DNA from: Antechinus flavipes
Taxonomy: Eukaryota
Reading direction: 5' to 3'
Assembly: GCF_016432865.1 (NCBI RefSeq)
Contig: NC_067400.1
Span: 522,536,001-522,600,000, forward strand
Length of the DNA stretch: 64,000 nt
Shown here: positions 13,565 to 25,719 of the stretch, one piece after another
Layout of the letters: every line of letters begins with the position of its first letter
Numbering within the stretch: the stretch's first letter is position 1
Program-made: the position numbers and the translations under genes
The notes under the pieces: model-generated
What the model saw: only the letters and a program-made list of their open reading frames with translations
Database searches by the model: none
Told to the model about the DNA's origin: nothing

Positions 13565-13915
13565 CAGATAAGAAGGAATTATAGAAGCATTGGCCTGGAA
13601 AAGATCTAAGAAACTATCTGGGCCAATGTGTATCTGAATAGCAACCTCCTCTATAACGATCCTGAGAAGTCTCAGCCAGCTTCTACTAAAGAGCAGAAAC
13701 TCTTCCTGGGAGCCCCAACCCTCTTAGGCAACCCATTTGAGCTTGTCAGGCTCTGATCATTACAAAGATTTTCCTTACATGGCTTCTAAATTTCCCTCTC
13801 TGCAGCTTCTATCAGATGCTTGTAGTTTTCACATTTATGTTCAGGCAAAACAGCTCTAATCCCTATAGATTCATATCCTTGAAAACAATGATCACATCTC
13901 ATCTAAGTCTTCTAC
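13565..13915 (-). mobile_element. L3/CR1 3' fragment
   Basis: Antisense L3 motifs (aggcaacccattt, ttttccttacat...tctaaatttccctctctgcagcttc, ctctaatccct). Confidence 0.6.
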
Positions 13916-14985
13916 CACTGGTTAACGGAACTCTTTCAACATTAAGCTGAAGATTCCAGCCAAGCTGAGACCAGAATGCACATTTCCAGGATTGGCATAG
14001 CTTGGGCCCCTGGAAGGTGGTGAAGCTTTCCTCCAGCAGTTGTCAAGTGTACTCTCTACATCACTGGTGCTGGGGACAATACCAGAGAAAAAGGGTTAGT
14101 GGTGGCTTTTGAGAGAGCAGGAGGGACTCCCCAAGTATGCAGGGAGACAGTCTACTTCCTTGAATACATCCCTGTACCTTTTATGTTATTTTTGCCCAGG
14201 ATAACAAAGTTTGACTTGATTTTTGGAATGCATCCTCATAGTAAAGTAAGTCTTTATGTGTCAGCTTACTTCACTCTTCTTCAGAATGTCATAGTGAAAA
14301 GTCTTTTAGAAACTTGGCTGTTGTGAAAAATCTTCTTTTCTCTACAGTAAATTTCTTGTCTTTGAGAGATGTGAATATTCAACTGCTCCTTGCCGAAGGC
14401 AGGTGAAAGATCCTAACAATATTTTTCTTTTTGCTCCTTGTCCTACTAATATTCTAATACTAATACTCTAGTATTATCACATTAGTAATATCACTGTTAT
14501 TTCGATGATCTCTAGTTTCATCACTGGATATTCCCTTTACCAATGGAAATTGAAACTTTCCCATTGCTCATAGATAGTTTTATGATTTTCTGTGGCAAAA
14601 ACAAAAAAGGCCATTTTATAAACAACCTTCAAAGGACAGTTATTCCACCTTTTGTGAAGGTGATTCTCTAGGCCATTGTTTTATTCCCAAGGGATGTATG
14701 ATCATTGAGTAGGAGAGTTGGGAAAAATATATTACATCCCATCCTCTTTCCCCAAAACCTGTATATAGGCTTATCTCCAAAATAATATGAAATCTCTTTA
14801 ACCATTCAACCACTCTGCTCCTTCTCAGTACTAGCTTTTTTTGATTACAGATAGTGTGAACCTCTGAGGTCTGTTTTGTGCCCCAGATACCAGTATCTAT
14901 AGTAGGCAGAATTCCCATATCCTTCCCTGACACCTCATGGATATAGTAGGCACTTCTTATCCAGTGAGCTCTGTACTCCCAAGTA

Positions 14986-15796
14986 TAGGCATACCTTGAA
15001 GATATTGCGGGTGCTATTCCAGGCTACCCACAGTAAAGCAAATATCACAATTAAGTGAGTCACATGAATTTTTTGGCTTCTCAGTGCATATAAAAGTTAC
15101 TTTTTTAAGTGTGCAATGGTATTATATTTAAGAAAATAACCTTCATAACCTTAATTTTAAAAATACTTTATTACCAAAAAACTAACCAACTTCTCAACCT
15201 TCAGCAAGTGACAGTCTTTTTCTTGATAGACAGTCTTGCCTCAAAGTTTTTGGCTGCTGATTGAACAGGATAATGGTTGCTGAAGGTTAGGGGGGCTGTG
15301 GCAATTTCTTAAAATAAGACAACAGCAAAGTTTGCCTCTTCAATTGATTCTTCCTTTCACTTGAACACTTAAAGGCCGTTGTAAGGTTATTAATTAGCCT
15401 GGTTTGATATTGTTTTTTCTTAGGAAATAGGGAGGCCTGACGACAGGGAGAGAGATGAGGGGAAATACTGGTCAGTGGAGCAGTCAGAACATACACAACA
15501 TTTAACAATTAAGTTCACCATTTTATATGGGTGCAGTTTATGGGTTGAAACAATTACAATAGTAACTTTAAAGATTACTGATCACAGAGTACTATAAGAA
15601 ATAAAATAATTATGAAAAAGATTGAAGTATTTCAATAATTACCAAATGTGACACAGAGACACAATGTAAATATGTACTTTTGGGAAAATGGTTCCAATAA
15701 ACTTGTTCAATATAGGGTTGTCACATACCTTCGCGTTGAAAAAAAAAAAGTGATACTATAAAGTATAATAAAGTAAAGCACAATAAAACGTGCCTC
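14986..15796 (-). mobile_element. Internally deleted (non-autonomous) Tigger1 DNA transposon, TcMar-Tigger
   Basis: The left end (t)aggcataccttgaagatattgcggg and right end gcacaataaaacg-tgcctc match recalled Tigger1 termini. TA dinucleotides flank it (14984-85, 15797-98). Minus-strand translation KCSSERK...RQTLLLSYFKKLPQPP joins the Tigger1 transposase N- and C-terminal peptides. Confidence 0.9.
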
Positions 15797-16680
15797 TAGT
15801 GGCCCATGAATAAGGTACTGCCTCTCCTTGACCCTCTTCCACTCATTATTTTCTAGTAGAAAACAAGAACACTGGGTACATAATGTCTTTCTAACAATTA
15901 TTAGCTGTCAATCAGAGAGAAAAGAAGAAGAACAAGTAAGAGATATGGATGTATAACAGACCCTCAACTTTTTTTTTCCTTGGTGTATATTAAAGGTCAT
16001 GCTCTGCATCCAAAGTTTTATTCTATATCACTAATTCATAAGATTTTCTGAATCATAGTATCTAAGACCAACTTTCTACTTTCTCCAAAAAAATTACTTT
16101 CCCTATAAAGTGAAGTAGTTTTAAACCTGTATTTTGTATACAAAGTTATCTTCCCAGTACAAAAGTCCTGTCCAAAGTGCCTTCATTTCTTTCAATTCCA
16201 TTCTGAAAAAGCCTGTTCCTCAATGTAATCTTGACCAGGCATCTACTAATTTGCTAACTGTTCCTAATAGCTATCCAACATTAAAATTACAAAAACAAGT
16301 CCTATATTTGACTTGCAGCCAGACACATTCTGAGATTGGAAGATGACTAATCTTTAACCTCTCCAGGCCTTTGTTCATTGAGGCTCTGTTTCAGAACACC
16401 TATAATTAAGCCATTGGACCCAATTTCTCAGTGCTCCAGCTATATATAGGCTCTCATTTTCAGGGGCATCTAGCATTTTCCAAAGAAGAATCACAAATGA
16501 TGCCTGTGATGGTGAAAATCATTAATTGATTTAAGCCTCATTGTCAATAAGACAAAGAGATGTAGCTGACAGGCCTTATTAAGTGGGAAATTACACAAAC
16601 TCCTAATAGTAGATATAACCTATTTGTACTACATTTCATCTACATCCTCATGTTAGTCTGAGAGATACTTCAGTGGGTGC

Positions 16681-16893
16681 TGTTGGTTTTTTGTCCTTCA
16701 TTCTCGAAGAGGACCATGACATCAGGAGGTGATGTCATGACATGTAAGTGAATTGGAATTAAGTGAGACAGGACTGTGCAAGGTCAGAAACCTCACTTTT
16801 TCCTCCAGTGCCATCTGGGTCCAGTGGTAAAATATAGGTGAAGATAACTGGAGATGGCCCTGAATGCAGTGAGAAGCTTTGACCTTTTACTAA
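16681..16893 (+). mobile_element. Marsupial WallSI-type SINE, 5' part
   Basis: tgtccttcattctcgaagaggaccatgacatcagg...gagatggccctgaatgcagtg; inverted homologue of 3040-3240. Confidence 0.65.
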
Positions 16894-18184
16894 AATGAAA
16901 TGAAAGAAAAATAGCTTTTATTCGATTAAGAAAGGTAGTTAAATAACCATGGGAACTGTAGCTGATATGAAAGTATGAATTGCGCATCTCTAAAATATTA
17001 ATGACTAACAGTTTGCCCTGGGTGCAAGATGACATTGCATTGACATTTACTTTTTTCCCCTTTTCCCTTTGAAGCAGTTCTAGACTGCTTATCTTATTTG
17101 ACATTTTAGACTACAGGTTCCTAACATAGGAATCCTAGGCTTCTGACCTAGAAGCCTTGAGTAATCAGCCCTACTCTTATAGGTAATGGTCTGTCTCCTG
17201 TCATTCAAGGCCTGTGATGTCCATCCTTCTCAGCTCCACTTTTTAACTCCCTCACTTGGTACTGCACAATTCCACATCCCATGAAAGACACCAAAAATCA
17301 TCATTGGCTCCTTGTCCTATACTATAGTTATCTGTTTGTGTTGAAGCAAAGAAATGTTAAATTCCAGGTACATGTGCTCTTATTTTGATTTACAAAGATG
17401 ATGCATTGTAACAATAGACTTTTGTGTATAACTATGTTATAGCCATGACTTTCTATCCATTCGGAGTTCCTAGCAAATATAGAATGTTCAGCACAGTGCC
17501 ACCAAATCTAGATGTTTGCTGTCTCTGATCCCACCTCTACTCTCTGAATGGATAGTAAATCTTCCCTTTATTAGAGTTTGTAGAGATAACTGTGTAGAAA
17601 GAGCTTATCCAACTTCTAGCCACACCCATGGGATCCTAATGCTTCTTGAGAATAGTAGTGGATTACACTTTTTCCCTCACTCTTCAGAAATGGTACCAAT
17701 TAATGTGTACAATAATGTTTACTACTATCTGAATTTGCCTAACATAAGCCAACAAATGAAATATCCCATTTCAAACATAATATGACCAGAATATACTCTA
17801 ATAACATTAAAGCTGAATCATATTCCATAGTTGCTGTACCATGCTGGTGTGTTCAACCTGACTGACATCTTGGTATGCTTCTAAGAATACAACTGGCAAT
17901 CCTGGGGCTCACTGATTTACCTGTGAATCACCAATTCTGTGTAAGATTTTAAAATGTGAGCTCAAACAGGATTAAAGAACTCTCATTCTATTTGATGGGC
18001 TAATAAGGTAGAGAAATGAACCTTCACAAAATAGTTACCATACTGAAGTCGGACTTTCATGATTATTTTCTTCATGATTATTGCTGCCATTTTTTGCCTG
18101 AGTTCTACTTCAACACTCTTTACCAATGCAAAAGTTTCTCACAGGTGCCTCATAGCCGAAAGCATCTTTAAGAAACTAAAACAG

Positions 18185-19644
18185 GGCTCAGTAACTGAGC
18201 TCCAGATAAGGTGGCATGGAATCACAGTGCAGCAGTAGCATCTTCCAAATCCCTTACTTTCTGTGACCCCCCAGAGCACCCTCACCTCCTGCTATCTTGT
18301 CATTCTTCAAAATCTACAACATGCTAAAGTCCTGCTATCACCCCCTGAAGAGGAATATCCTGATCTTTCTTTCCTTGCATGACAACCACATGGCTAAGGT
18401 ATTGATCCAGCAGCTTCACCCTGGATAATGTTATCCAGACCAGTGTGTACAGCCAAGGGCTCCCATTCTTCATGACTGTAGGTTGCGTGGCTAAAGATGA
18501 AGAGAGCTATGATGTATTCAAGGAGTTGTTTGAGCCTATCATTGAGGACCAACATGGAAGCTATATGCCTTCAGACAACCATAAGATCAATCTTAATCCT
18601 GATAATCTTTAAGGTGATGATGACCTGAATCTTAACTGTGTGCTGAGTTCTTGTATTTAAACTGGCTGTAGCATCTGAGGATTCTGTCTGTCCCAGATTG
18701 TAGTTGGGGTAAACACCATATCATAGAATAGCTCTCTGTGGAAGCTCTGCGCAGTGTGGAAGGTGACCTGAATGGGAAGTATTATGATTTGAAGAATATG
18801 ACAAGCTGGAACAGCAGGAGCTGATGGAAAACCATTTATTTCTTCTTTGATAAGCCTATCTGACCACTTCTCTTCACAGCTGGCATGGCCTAAGATTAGC
18901 CCAATGGCATAGGCACTTAGCACAATGACAAGACTTTTCTTGGATGGTTTAATGAGGAAGATCACCTGAGGATTGTCCATGCATAAGGGAGGTAGCATGA
19001 AAGAAGTGTTCACACATTTCTGCATGGGACTCACCCAGATTGAATCTGTTTTTAAGACCAAGAACTACAAGTTCATTTGGTACTTCTGCTCAGGTGACAT
19101 CCTGATATGCACCTTCAATCTAGGCCCAGGCCTCCATGCAAGTGTTTACATCAGACTTCCGCAACTGGACAAACATAAGAAATTTGATGAAGTGCTAAAG
19201 AAGCTGAGGTTGCAGAAAAAAGAGACAGGAAAATATACTTACCAGCTATGGGTGGTGACTTTGACATCTCCAGTGCTGACCAACTGGACTTCTCAGAAGC
19301 AGAACTGGTGCAGATGGTGGTGCTTGATGTGAAGTTGCTCTTTGAAATGGAGAAGCATTTGGAGCAGGGCCAGCACATTGATGACTTAATGTCAGCTCAG
19401 AAATAAGCAATTGGTCTCCTGAATTCTGAACTTTCTAGTTTATTGGATGAATGAATAATCACCATTCTTTCCCCCTGTGGTACTCCAGAGGGCTCCAGAT
19501 GTAGCCCACTCAATCATGCTATAGAGAAGTCCTCCTTCTATTCTTTGGTATTAGAGTTTTATTTCTGTTGGCTGAAATGTTGCTGAATGCTGAAATAATA
19601 AATTCTTGCTTTGGCCTGATCCAGGTCTCCAGGCAAAAAAAGAA
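18185..19644 (+). pseudogene. CKB: Processed pseudogene of brain-type creatine kinase (5'UTR, CDS remnant 18297-19406, 3'UTR, polyA)
   Basis: Intronless match to creatine kinase ([53 protein letters not shown]) ending DDLMSAQK*, a CKB-type C-terminus. It has in-frame stops (18610, 18658, 18676) and frameshifts. AATAAA at 19597-19602, A-tail at 19635-19644, perfect TSD AAGAAACTAAAACAG at 18170-18184 and 19645-19659. Confidence 0.95.
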
Positions 19645-19749
19645 AAGAAACTAAAACAGAAGTTTACCATACATATTTCAACATATAAAGAGAAAATATC
19701 TCTTTGCATGTTACACCCCTTCCTTGAGGTCTGCCCCTTTTGTCTTTTG

Positions 19750-21400
19750 TTTCTGTATTTTCAGTATGGATTTGCCTTTGCCTCCAGAAGAGCCTGACAT
19801 CTTACTACTTTTGTCTTGAATTCCTTGCCCCTTACCGTACTGTCTTTCAGATCCTTCCAATCTTTCAGGATATCCCTACCATATGTCTTCTCCATTTATT
19901 CTCCATTATTACTAAAGACATTAATCCTAGTACACAACAAATTAATGTCTCTGGACAAGAATCATTTTTTTCTTCTCAGATCAACTCTATCATGCTCCCC
20001 ATACTGATTATTCCAAACTATCTTTTCTCACCTTAAGCCCCAAATCATTTTCATCCCTCTTTATTCATTCATCTCTCAGCAGATTTATTGAGAAATCCTA
20101 TAGGCCATATGTCAGGAGATCCCTGTCTCCTCTATTCTACATAAAAGAAATACTCTATATAGTCTTTCAACTCCTTTGCTCTAATTTTTGTGAAAGAAGT
20201 GGCCCCTCTCTGCAAAGGTCAGTTTTTTTTTTTACTTATGTCTTGAACCAATTCATTAGTATTTTCTCTGGGAACTTGTCCAATTTATCTCTTCCCCTCT
20301 CTCTCTCCCTTTCCCTCTCCCTCTTCCTTTCTTTCTCCCTGTCTCTGTGTCTCACTCTTGCTCTCACTCCCCTTTCCTTCCTCCTTCTCTCTTCCCCTTC
20401 CTCTCTTCCCTCCCACCTTGCTCTTGCTCTCATCTCTCTCATGCGCATGCTCTCATTTTCAAATCCCTCCCTAATGTCTTATTCCCTGTTCCTACAAACA
20501 ATTCTCTGTCATCCTCTAAAAAGCCTTCACTTGGCCTTGCCTTCCTCCCTCAGCTATGGTTTTACATCTTTTCTTTCTTTTAGTCTTGAACTCTTACAAA
20601 GTTGTCTCAACTTGCTGCTTCCTTCCTCAATCTCTACTCTTTTTAATTCACTTGCAACTTACCTTTTGACTACAATTCCTTAATTTTATTTATCAAAGGT
20701 TGCCAGTGATCTTTTAATCACTAAATCTAATGATCTTTTCTCAATCCTTCTCTGTCTGGACCTTTCTAAAACTTTTGACATTGTTGACTACCCCTTTCTC
20801 CTGGATAGTTTCACTTCCCTTGGCTTCCATGACACTAATCACCTTCCTACCTATCTGACTTCAGTCTCTTATCCTGAATCATAGGATCACTGTCAACTTT
20901 CCACCCATTAATCATTAATCTACCCCCAATGGTTTATTTTAGATCTTCATCTGTGCTTTTTACATTCTCTTCTTTAAGGTCTCACTTTCATGAGTTTTGT
21001 TACCATCTCTAAACATCCACAAAACAGATGTTAAGACTTAATCTTTCTCCTAATCACAGTTCCCCCATGACCAATTGCTGCTATACATCTCCACTTAGAT
21101 ATTCCATAAATAATCTCCCAACATATTTAAACCTGCCTGTCTTCCCAATTTCTCAACTTCTGCTGAGAGCCTAAGCATCTTCTTCATTACCTAAGTTCAT
21201 AATCTTTTTGTCACTCTTGAATCTTTCTTCTTCACCTTTCATTTTGAATCAGTTGCCAAAGCTTATCTTTTCTTCTTTATAATATTTCTTGTGTCCATCC
21301 CCTCTCTCAGTTTATATATCTACCACCTTAACTTAGGTCCTCATCAATTCTCATCTAGATTATTAGTCTTCTTTTATGTTTTTTCCTCCAATTCATCCTA
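19750..21400 (+). mobile_element. L2 ORF2 fragment (RT region) with an internal CT-rich tract
   Basis: ctggacctttctaaaacttttgacattgttgactacccctttctcctggatagt...cccttggcttccatgac is a degraded L2 LDLS.AFDTVDH motif. Pyrimidine low-complexity tract at 20290-20460. Confidence 0.75.
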
Positions 21401-21419
21401 TCTGTGTAGAGATCAGAAA

Positions 21420-21605
21420 TTATCCATTTTTCATTTCATAATATTCTCTAATTCTTCTTTGGCCAAAATTTCTTTCTTCTCCACAGATCTGAGAAATAAA
21501 CTATTCCTGGTTCTCCTAATTTGCTTGTAGTATTACCCTTTATGTCTAAATCATTATCCCATTTCAACCTTATTTTGGTATAGGATATGAGATAATAGCT
21601 TAGGG
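21420..21605 (-). mobile_element. Short L1 ORF2 fragment
   Basis: Aligns by eye with window positions 50-215 (tttctttcttctccacagatctgaga..taaactatt..ctaatt...tttatgtctaaatcat). Confidence 0.75.
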
Positions 21606-23974
21606 TCTCTATTGGCTTTTAACAGGATAGTACCCTATAATTTCCTCCTTTAGGACATTGTTCTGGTTTCTCCTTTACCATTTAATTGAGTTTTAATTTT
21701 TTTTCTGTACTCTCTTAATCATTACTCATAAATACAAGAAATTTCACATCATGAATTACAAAGTTGATTTAGAGGGCATGTTTCATGCTACTTGTTCCCA
21801 GTGCCTAAAATTGCTAATATAGCTCTATTTTTGATGAATTTTCCTTCAGAAAGCTTTCATCTTTTTAGAAATGCCCTGGTTCCTTCTTTCACTGCTTATC
21901 TATATCATGTACATAAGTACATTCTGACTATCTTCTTTATTCAAACAACAAAGTAACATGTTTGGAAGAGCTGCTTACTCTAACAACAAAAGATGACACC
22001 TGATGCAAAGGAAGGAAATGGAAAAATCCTTCTAGCCATTGGCTATCAGTGAAGGATTCTATTTTGATTCTGTTTTGGAAAACAGGGGAGTGTGTAATAT
22101 ATTGTTGAAAAGTTTTTCTAGGTATTAGTTAAATTGAAATTTAGTTTTGGCCCTTAATAAGTTTCAGAAGAAATATGATGGAATAAATAGAAATTTTGCT
22201 CACTTTGTGAAAAGAGGAATTGTACTTAAGAGACATTGTTGCATAGTGGACTTGGAATCAAGAAGACCTTTGTTTGAAACCAGTCTTGTAGACTAACTTG
22301 AGATTGAGTAACTTGTTTCATGTTGTTCAAACTCAGTTTCCTCATCTGCAGATTTGGATCATAACACTTACTGCACAGGGTTGGTGTGAGGCTCAATGAA
22401 CAAATGAGTGAATAAAAGGTATTATTAAGTGCTTACTGTATGTAATGTATTTTGAAAACCTAAAGTACTCTATAAATGTTAGCTAAAATTTTATTATTAC
22501 ATCTCTGATGGTAGGCCTCATAGGAGTAGCCCTGGACTGGGAATTATCATTAATTTGAATTCTAGTTTCTATATCTTCTAGCTTTGGGACCATCAAAAAA
22601 TAACTTTTCAGACCTCAGTAACTTCCTCTATAAAATAGTGGTGATAATTCCTGCAGTGCCTATCTCATAGGACATGAAAAATGCAGTTTGTGAATTGTAA
22701 AGTATATAAATATCTAATCCAGTTCCATAAGTATATATTAAATGCCTACTGTATGTAAGATATTGGCTTAGTTTCCAGGAATACTGAAACAAAATGAAAA
22801 GCAGTCTCTATCCCAGAGGAGTTTACATTGTGCTGACATTGTCATCAGTAAATTGTTTACATATTTAGATAATGTCATCAAGAAAAATTCAGTACAGAAG
22901 CTTCCTAAGTAGATGAAGAATCCCTATTTCTTTTATCACAGGTACTAGAAAAGGTTGTTCTTCCATTTCCATGCTAATATTTCTTGTTTCTTCATACAAA
23001 GAGCTTGTTACCTAAAATTTTTGTTACCTAATTGAACCCTGCTAATTCCTTTCTTGGATGCCTCCTTGTGGAATTCTGATAACAAGGTTGTCCACCCATG
23101 GCACTTGTAGTGATTTCAGACTCTCTTAGGATAGGAAAAACTTCAAAAGCAGACCTGGCTGAGGCCCAGTCTATCAAAAATAGGCTTATAATCTATATAA
23201 TACAGAATGGACTCTTTTAGCCATAGCAGCTCATGAAACTGGTTAATGAGTTTAGCATGGTAGATATTAGTGAAGTTTGCATTCTTAATAAAGTTATCTG
23301 TGGAAATATGTTTAAAAGGATTGCACATGTTCAACCTATATTAAAGTGTTTATAATCTTGGGGAGGATGGAGATAATGGAGAACAATTTGCAACCCAAAG
23401 TCTTACAAAAATTAATGTGGAAAACTATGTTGAAAACTAAAATACTATTGAAAAACAAAACAAAAAAACAAGGATATCACATATCTTTTGAATTAAGGAA
23501 TAGTACCCAATTGAGTACAGGCCAGTAATCTATTTACAGAGTGATGAATTTGAAACTAAAACTTGACTTTTAGATCCTAAACAAGAAAATAAAATTCACT
23601 TATTCACAAATAATTTTTCAGCATCTATTATTTACAAAGCAGTGCTAGAAAAGAGGAAAGATATAAAGTTTAAATAAGAACTCACAGTCTTAGAAGGATA
23701 ATGAACAAACACAAATTAATTTAAAACATAATATTATGTGGCGAGTATATTAGAGATTAATAAAACAGATGGATGTTTGAGTCTAAGAGGACATGGAATT
23801 CAAAAGCTCAAGAGAAAAGATTATTCTGTTTCACTGGATAGTCGAATGCACTAATGGTATTATATGAAATAATACCACAAAGATAAGATGGCCCTAGCTT
23901 TTTCAAAGCCATGTTTGAACCTTGCCCAGTAGGCGATAAAGAGTTTTGAACAAAAGAACGATAGACAATATCTA

Positions 23975-24270
23975 TGTGTTGTGGTTGTTCAGTCATTTTC
24001 AGTTGTGTTTTACTCTTCTTGACCCCATTTGGGCTTAAGGATTTTTTTCTTAGTTGTTTTGTTTTGTTTTGTTTTATTTTGGATGAAATACTAGAATGGT
24101 TTGCCATTTCCTCCTCTAGCTCACTTTACAAATGAGGAAATTAAGAACCGGGATTAAAAGACCTTCCCAGAGTCACACAACTAGTAAGTGTCAGAGACCA
24201 CTTTTGAATTCAGGAAGATGATGTTTCCTGATTTTAAGTCTGGTACTTTACTATGCCACCTAGCTGTTTA
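23975..24270 (-). mobile_element. Mar1 core-SINE with (GTTTT)n expansion
   Basis: gttgttcagtcattttcag...gaccccatttggg...tactagaatggtttgccatttcc...gtcacacaactagtaagtgtc. Confidence 0.8.
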
Positions 24271-24707
24271 TAACTATACATAAAAGAATATCATGATGTC
24301 ATTATGAAGTATTGATTAAAGGGGAAAAAAGTAGAATTGGGAGGATCTTTTATCAGGATTTTGCAAAAATATAGATGGGGAAGTAAAATGGATAATTTAG
24401 ATAATTCTGATTATAGGAAATTAAAAAGATTTTGTACAAACAAAAGCAGTGCAGCCAAAATTAGAAACAAAGTAAGAAATAGAAGGGGAAGTTTTTTACA
24501 GCACATTTCTCCTTTAAGGGTCTCATTCCTCAAAAAAGAAGAAAAATGAGCCAGATTTATAAAAAATAAATGTCATTCCCCCATTGAGAGTCAAAGAATA
24601 TAAACAGGCAGTTTTCAGAAGAAGAAATCAAAACTATCAACTGTTATATTTATAAAATATTCTAAATCAGTATTGTTAAGAAAAATACAGATTAAAACAA
24701 CTTGGAG

Positions 24708-24952
24708 ATTTTTGTGAGTCTCCAGATATCCTGAACTTTCAGCAGCTCTTGCCATTGATGAGTTATATACTCCCTTCTCTTTGAGAAAATTTTTTTCTCC
24801 TCTGTCTTTAAAGATTCTATACTCTCCTGGATTTCCTTCCTTCTACTTCTGTAACCACTCCTGTATAACATGTTCCTAATGCTTTAAAGTAGAGAACAGC
24901 CAATGTCTATCTCCAGTCCTTCCCTTTTCTGTTTTTATACTGTTTCCCAGGC
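24708..24952. repeat. 245-bp inverted duplicate of 26106-26350
   Basis: Base-by-base reverse-complement comparison gives one mismatch (24870 vs 26188). Confidence 0.95.
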
Positions 24953-25096
24953 TGGCTAACATGACAGAAGAGGCAGAATTATAAATTACTCTAACCATTC
25001 TGGAAAAAAATTGGAACTATGCTCAAAGACTTAAAAAACTGCATACTCTTTCACCTAGCAAAACTGCTACCAACACTGTCTACTCAAAGCAAGCAA

Positions 25097-25149
<53 letters not shown>
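25097..25149. repeat. A-run followed by (AG)n microsatellite
   Basis: Direct reading. Confidence 0.95.
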
Positions 25150-25154
<5 letters not shown>

Positions 25155-25719
25155 CAAGGATATTTATGGTAGCTCTTTTTATAGTAGCAAAGAATTGGAA
25201 ACTGTGAAGGGATGCCTATCAAGTGAGAAATGGCTAGAAAGTTATGGCATATGATTGTGATAGAAAACAGTTGTGCTATAAGAAATGACAAGCACAATGA
25301 TTTTGTGGAAACTATGAAGACTTAGATAAACTGATGAAATGTGAAGTGGCTCAAATCAGAAGAACAATGTGCATAGTAATAGCAATATTGTAACAATGAT
25401 CAAGTGTGAAAGGCTTAATTATTCTAATCCATACAACAGTCTAAGACAATCCCAAAGGGCTCATAATGAAGAGTGCTATCCAGAGAGAAAGAAGTGATGA
25501 ACTCTGAGTGCAAATTTTTTTTTCACTTTCTGTGTTTTTCTTGCTTTTGAGGAGTGGGGATCTGTGTAGCTAACATGGAAATATGTTTTGCATGACTTTA
25601 TACTTATATTTGATATCATGTTTCTTGCCTTCTCTATGGGTGGGAAAGGGAATAGAGGGAGAGAAAGAATTTTGGATTCAAAATTTTTAAATGAATATTA
25701 AAGTATTGTTTTTCAAAAT

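Larger units (their letters stand above)
24340..25700 (+). mobile_element. Older L1 3' fragment (ORF2 end and 3'UTR), interrupted by an inverted duplication and an (AG)n tract
   Basis: aaattaaaaagattttgtacaaacaaaagc, gcagttttcagaagaagaaatcaaa, ggaactatgctcaaag and gctctttttatagtagcaaagaattggaaact are L1 ORF2 motifs. Confidence 0.85.

Noticed and set aside
2755-16893. Inverted WallSI-type SINE pair flanking the 13280-13402 exon as a circRNA driver
   Set aside because: The copies are visibly diverged and about 13 kb apart, so stable pairing cannot be supported.
18657-19061. 134-aa minus-strand ORF
   Set aside because: Antisense shadow of the CKB pseudogene, with no independent support.
18973-19332. 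119-aa ORF resembling the creatine kinase C-terminal half as a functional protein
   Set aside because: It is a stop-free stretch of the disabled retrocopy. Key motifs are altered (CPSNLGTG reads CTFNLGPG) and the frame shifts before the C-terminus.
20236-20683. Longest ORF in the track (146 aa) and overlapping ORFs
   Set aside because: Low-complexity translation (SLSLSL / RERERE) of a CT-rich tract inside an L2 remnant.
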